This document shows, piece after piece, positions 33,074-34,080 of a stretch of DNA of 34,080 nt (the stretch's first letter is position 1; each line of letters begins with the position of its first letter). The position numbers were made by a program, and so were the translations under genes. This stretch comes from Trichinella spiralis. Its lineage: Eukaryota. The notes beneath the pieces were generated by a model that worked only from the letters and a program-made list of their open reading frames with translations, had not been told where the DNA came from and did no database searches. The stretch lies in NCBI RefSeq assembly GCF_000181795.1, contig NW_003526940.1, forward strand, positions 504,660 to 538,739. Reading direction: 5' to 3'.

Positions 33074-34046
33074 TCACTGGGCCATCTTTTCCAAAATTGG
33101 AATCACCTGGTCAAAGTTGGGTCGTTTGCCTGGTTCCTCGTTCAAACAAATCGATATCAGTCGGCTGGTGTTGCGTCCAATTCCGGGCGGGATGTTCACT
33201 CGAAGACCTTCAACGGCTATCTGCAGAAAAAAGGAAATATGAAAAAAGCAACAAACAAACAAACAAACATGAAATTTGTTCATCAAATTTCTCTTCTACC
33301 ACAACAAAAAAGTAAAAAATACTTTCCCAAATCTTACTTTCATTCCAATCTGCATTGGTGACAAATCAGCAAACGGTACTTCTCTGGTGCACAATTCCCA
33401 AAGAATGATACCGAAACTCCACATGTCAGCTGCTTTGAAATTGATTTCATTGAAACGCTTTTGCAGCGCTGAAAAACATTTCCACAATATACATAAATAA
33501 TTAATTCATTCATTCATTCATTAAATAACCTTCCGGTGACATCCAAGCTGGTGAGTAGAGTCGATTTTTTTCTTGGAAAGAAAATTTCGTATCAGCCATA
33601 TTCAACTTGGCGCACAGATCTTCGTCGATCACCACATGATCACTGTTCAAGTAGTAACGAGCGATTGGTGGATCCAACGAGTGCAAAAATGCCATTCCTC
33701 TGGCAATGTCGATTGCAAATTTCAACGCCTGAGCGTGATCTACTACAATGCCACTTTGTTCGTGCAAAATGTTATACAACGACCCAAACGGCATATACTG
33801 GGAAACGACCACAGAATTGGGCGGCTGATTGCAACAAGTCAGCACAGGACAGACGTTGGGATGTGAAAAAATCTCTAAAAAGGCCAGCCCAATCAAAATA
33901 TCAAAAATATTCATAATTCATCATTTTTAACCTCAAACGGGGGGTATTCTTCTTTGAAATCGCGCGAATTTCCGAGGGCGTCCCTTCACGCAAGGTCAAA
34001 AATCCCGTGCCACCAATTTTCGGTTACCTTTGCCAAGTGGACACAC
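33074..34046 (-). CDS. ILK: Integrin-linked kinase (PAT-4 orthologue), pseudokinase-domain exons 33074-33220, 33338-33468, 33530-~33874 and a corrupted exon ~33932-34046
   Basis: [114 protein letters not shown]. These are ILK-specific degenerate catalytic motifs, with GT-AG introns. Confidence 0.95.
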
Positions 34047-34080
34047 CCAAGCTTAACAAAAAAAAAATTAATCAGAAAAC

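Noticed and set aside
33870..34080. Apparent multiple frameshifts in the upstream ILK exon, suggesting a pseudogene
   Set aside because: The extra bases mostly lengthen homopolymers (e.g. TGGCAAAGGTAACCGAAAATTGG where WQGNEIV is expected) and increase toward the window end, while downstream exons are clean. This is typical of low-quality read-end sequence.

Overview
This is AT-rich eukaryotic (animal) genomic DNA from a gapped draft assembly, with N runs at 28938-29129, 30438-30447, 31334-31343 and 31821-31830. Short GT-AG introns with TTTCAG-type acceptors and an ILK/PAT-4 gene suggest a nematode, possibly Trichinella-like (inference). Bases 1-11.6 kb are a transposon graveyard: three piggyBac-like transposase remnants, two BEL/Pao fragments, a ~550-bp direct repeat and small inverted repeats. 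Bases 11.6-28.4 kb hold one nested LTR-retrotransposon complex. A minus-strand BEL/Pao element has its gag split, at a GACGC target-site duplication, by a 12.9-kb block. The block is Copia copy 1 (RT/RNase H deleted, carrying a solo LTR), then an AT-rich ~33-bp satellite containing a near-intact Ty3/Gypsy element, then Copia copy 2. The two Copia copies have permuted flanks (GACGC..AAAAC and AAAAC..GACGC), the pattern expected if a circular DNA integrated by homologous recombination. This is the most unusual signal in the window. Bases 28.4-31.7 kb contain inverted and dispersed repeats around the gaps. Bases 31.8-34.1 kb contain the 3' ends of two convergent host genes: a CUB-domain protein (+) and integrin-linked kinase (-).
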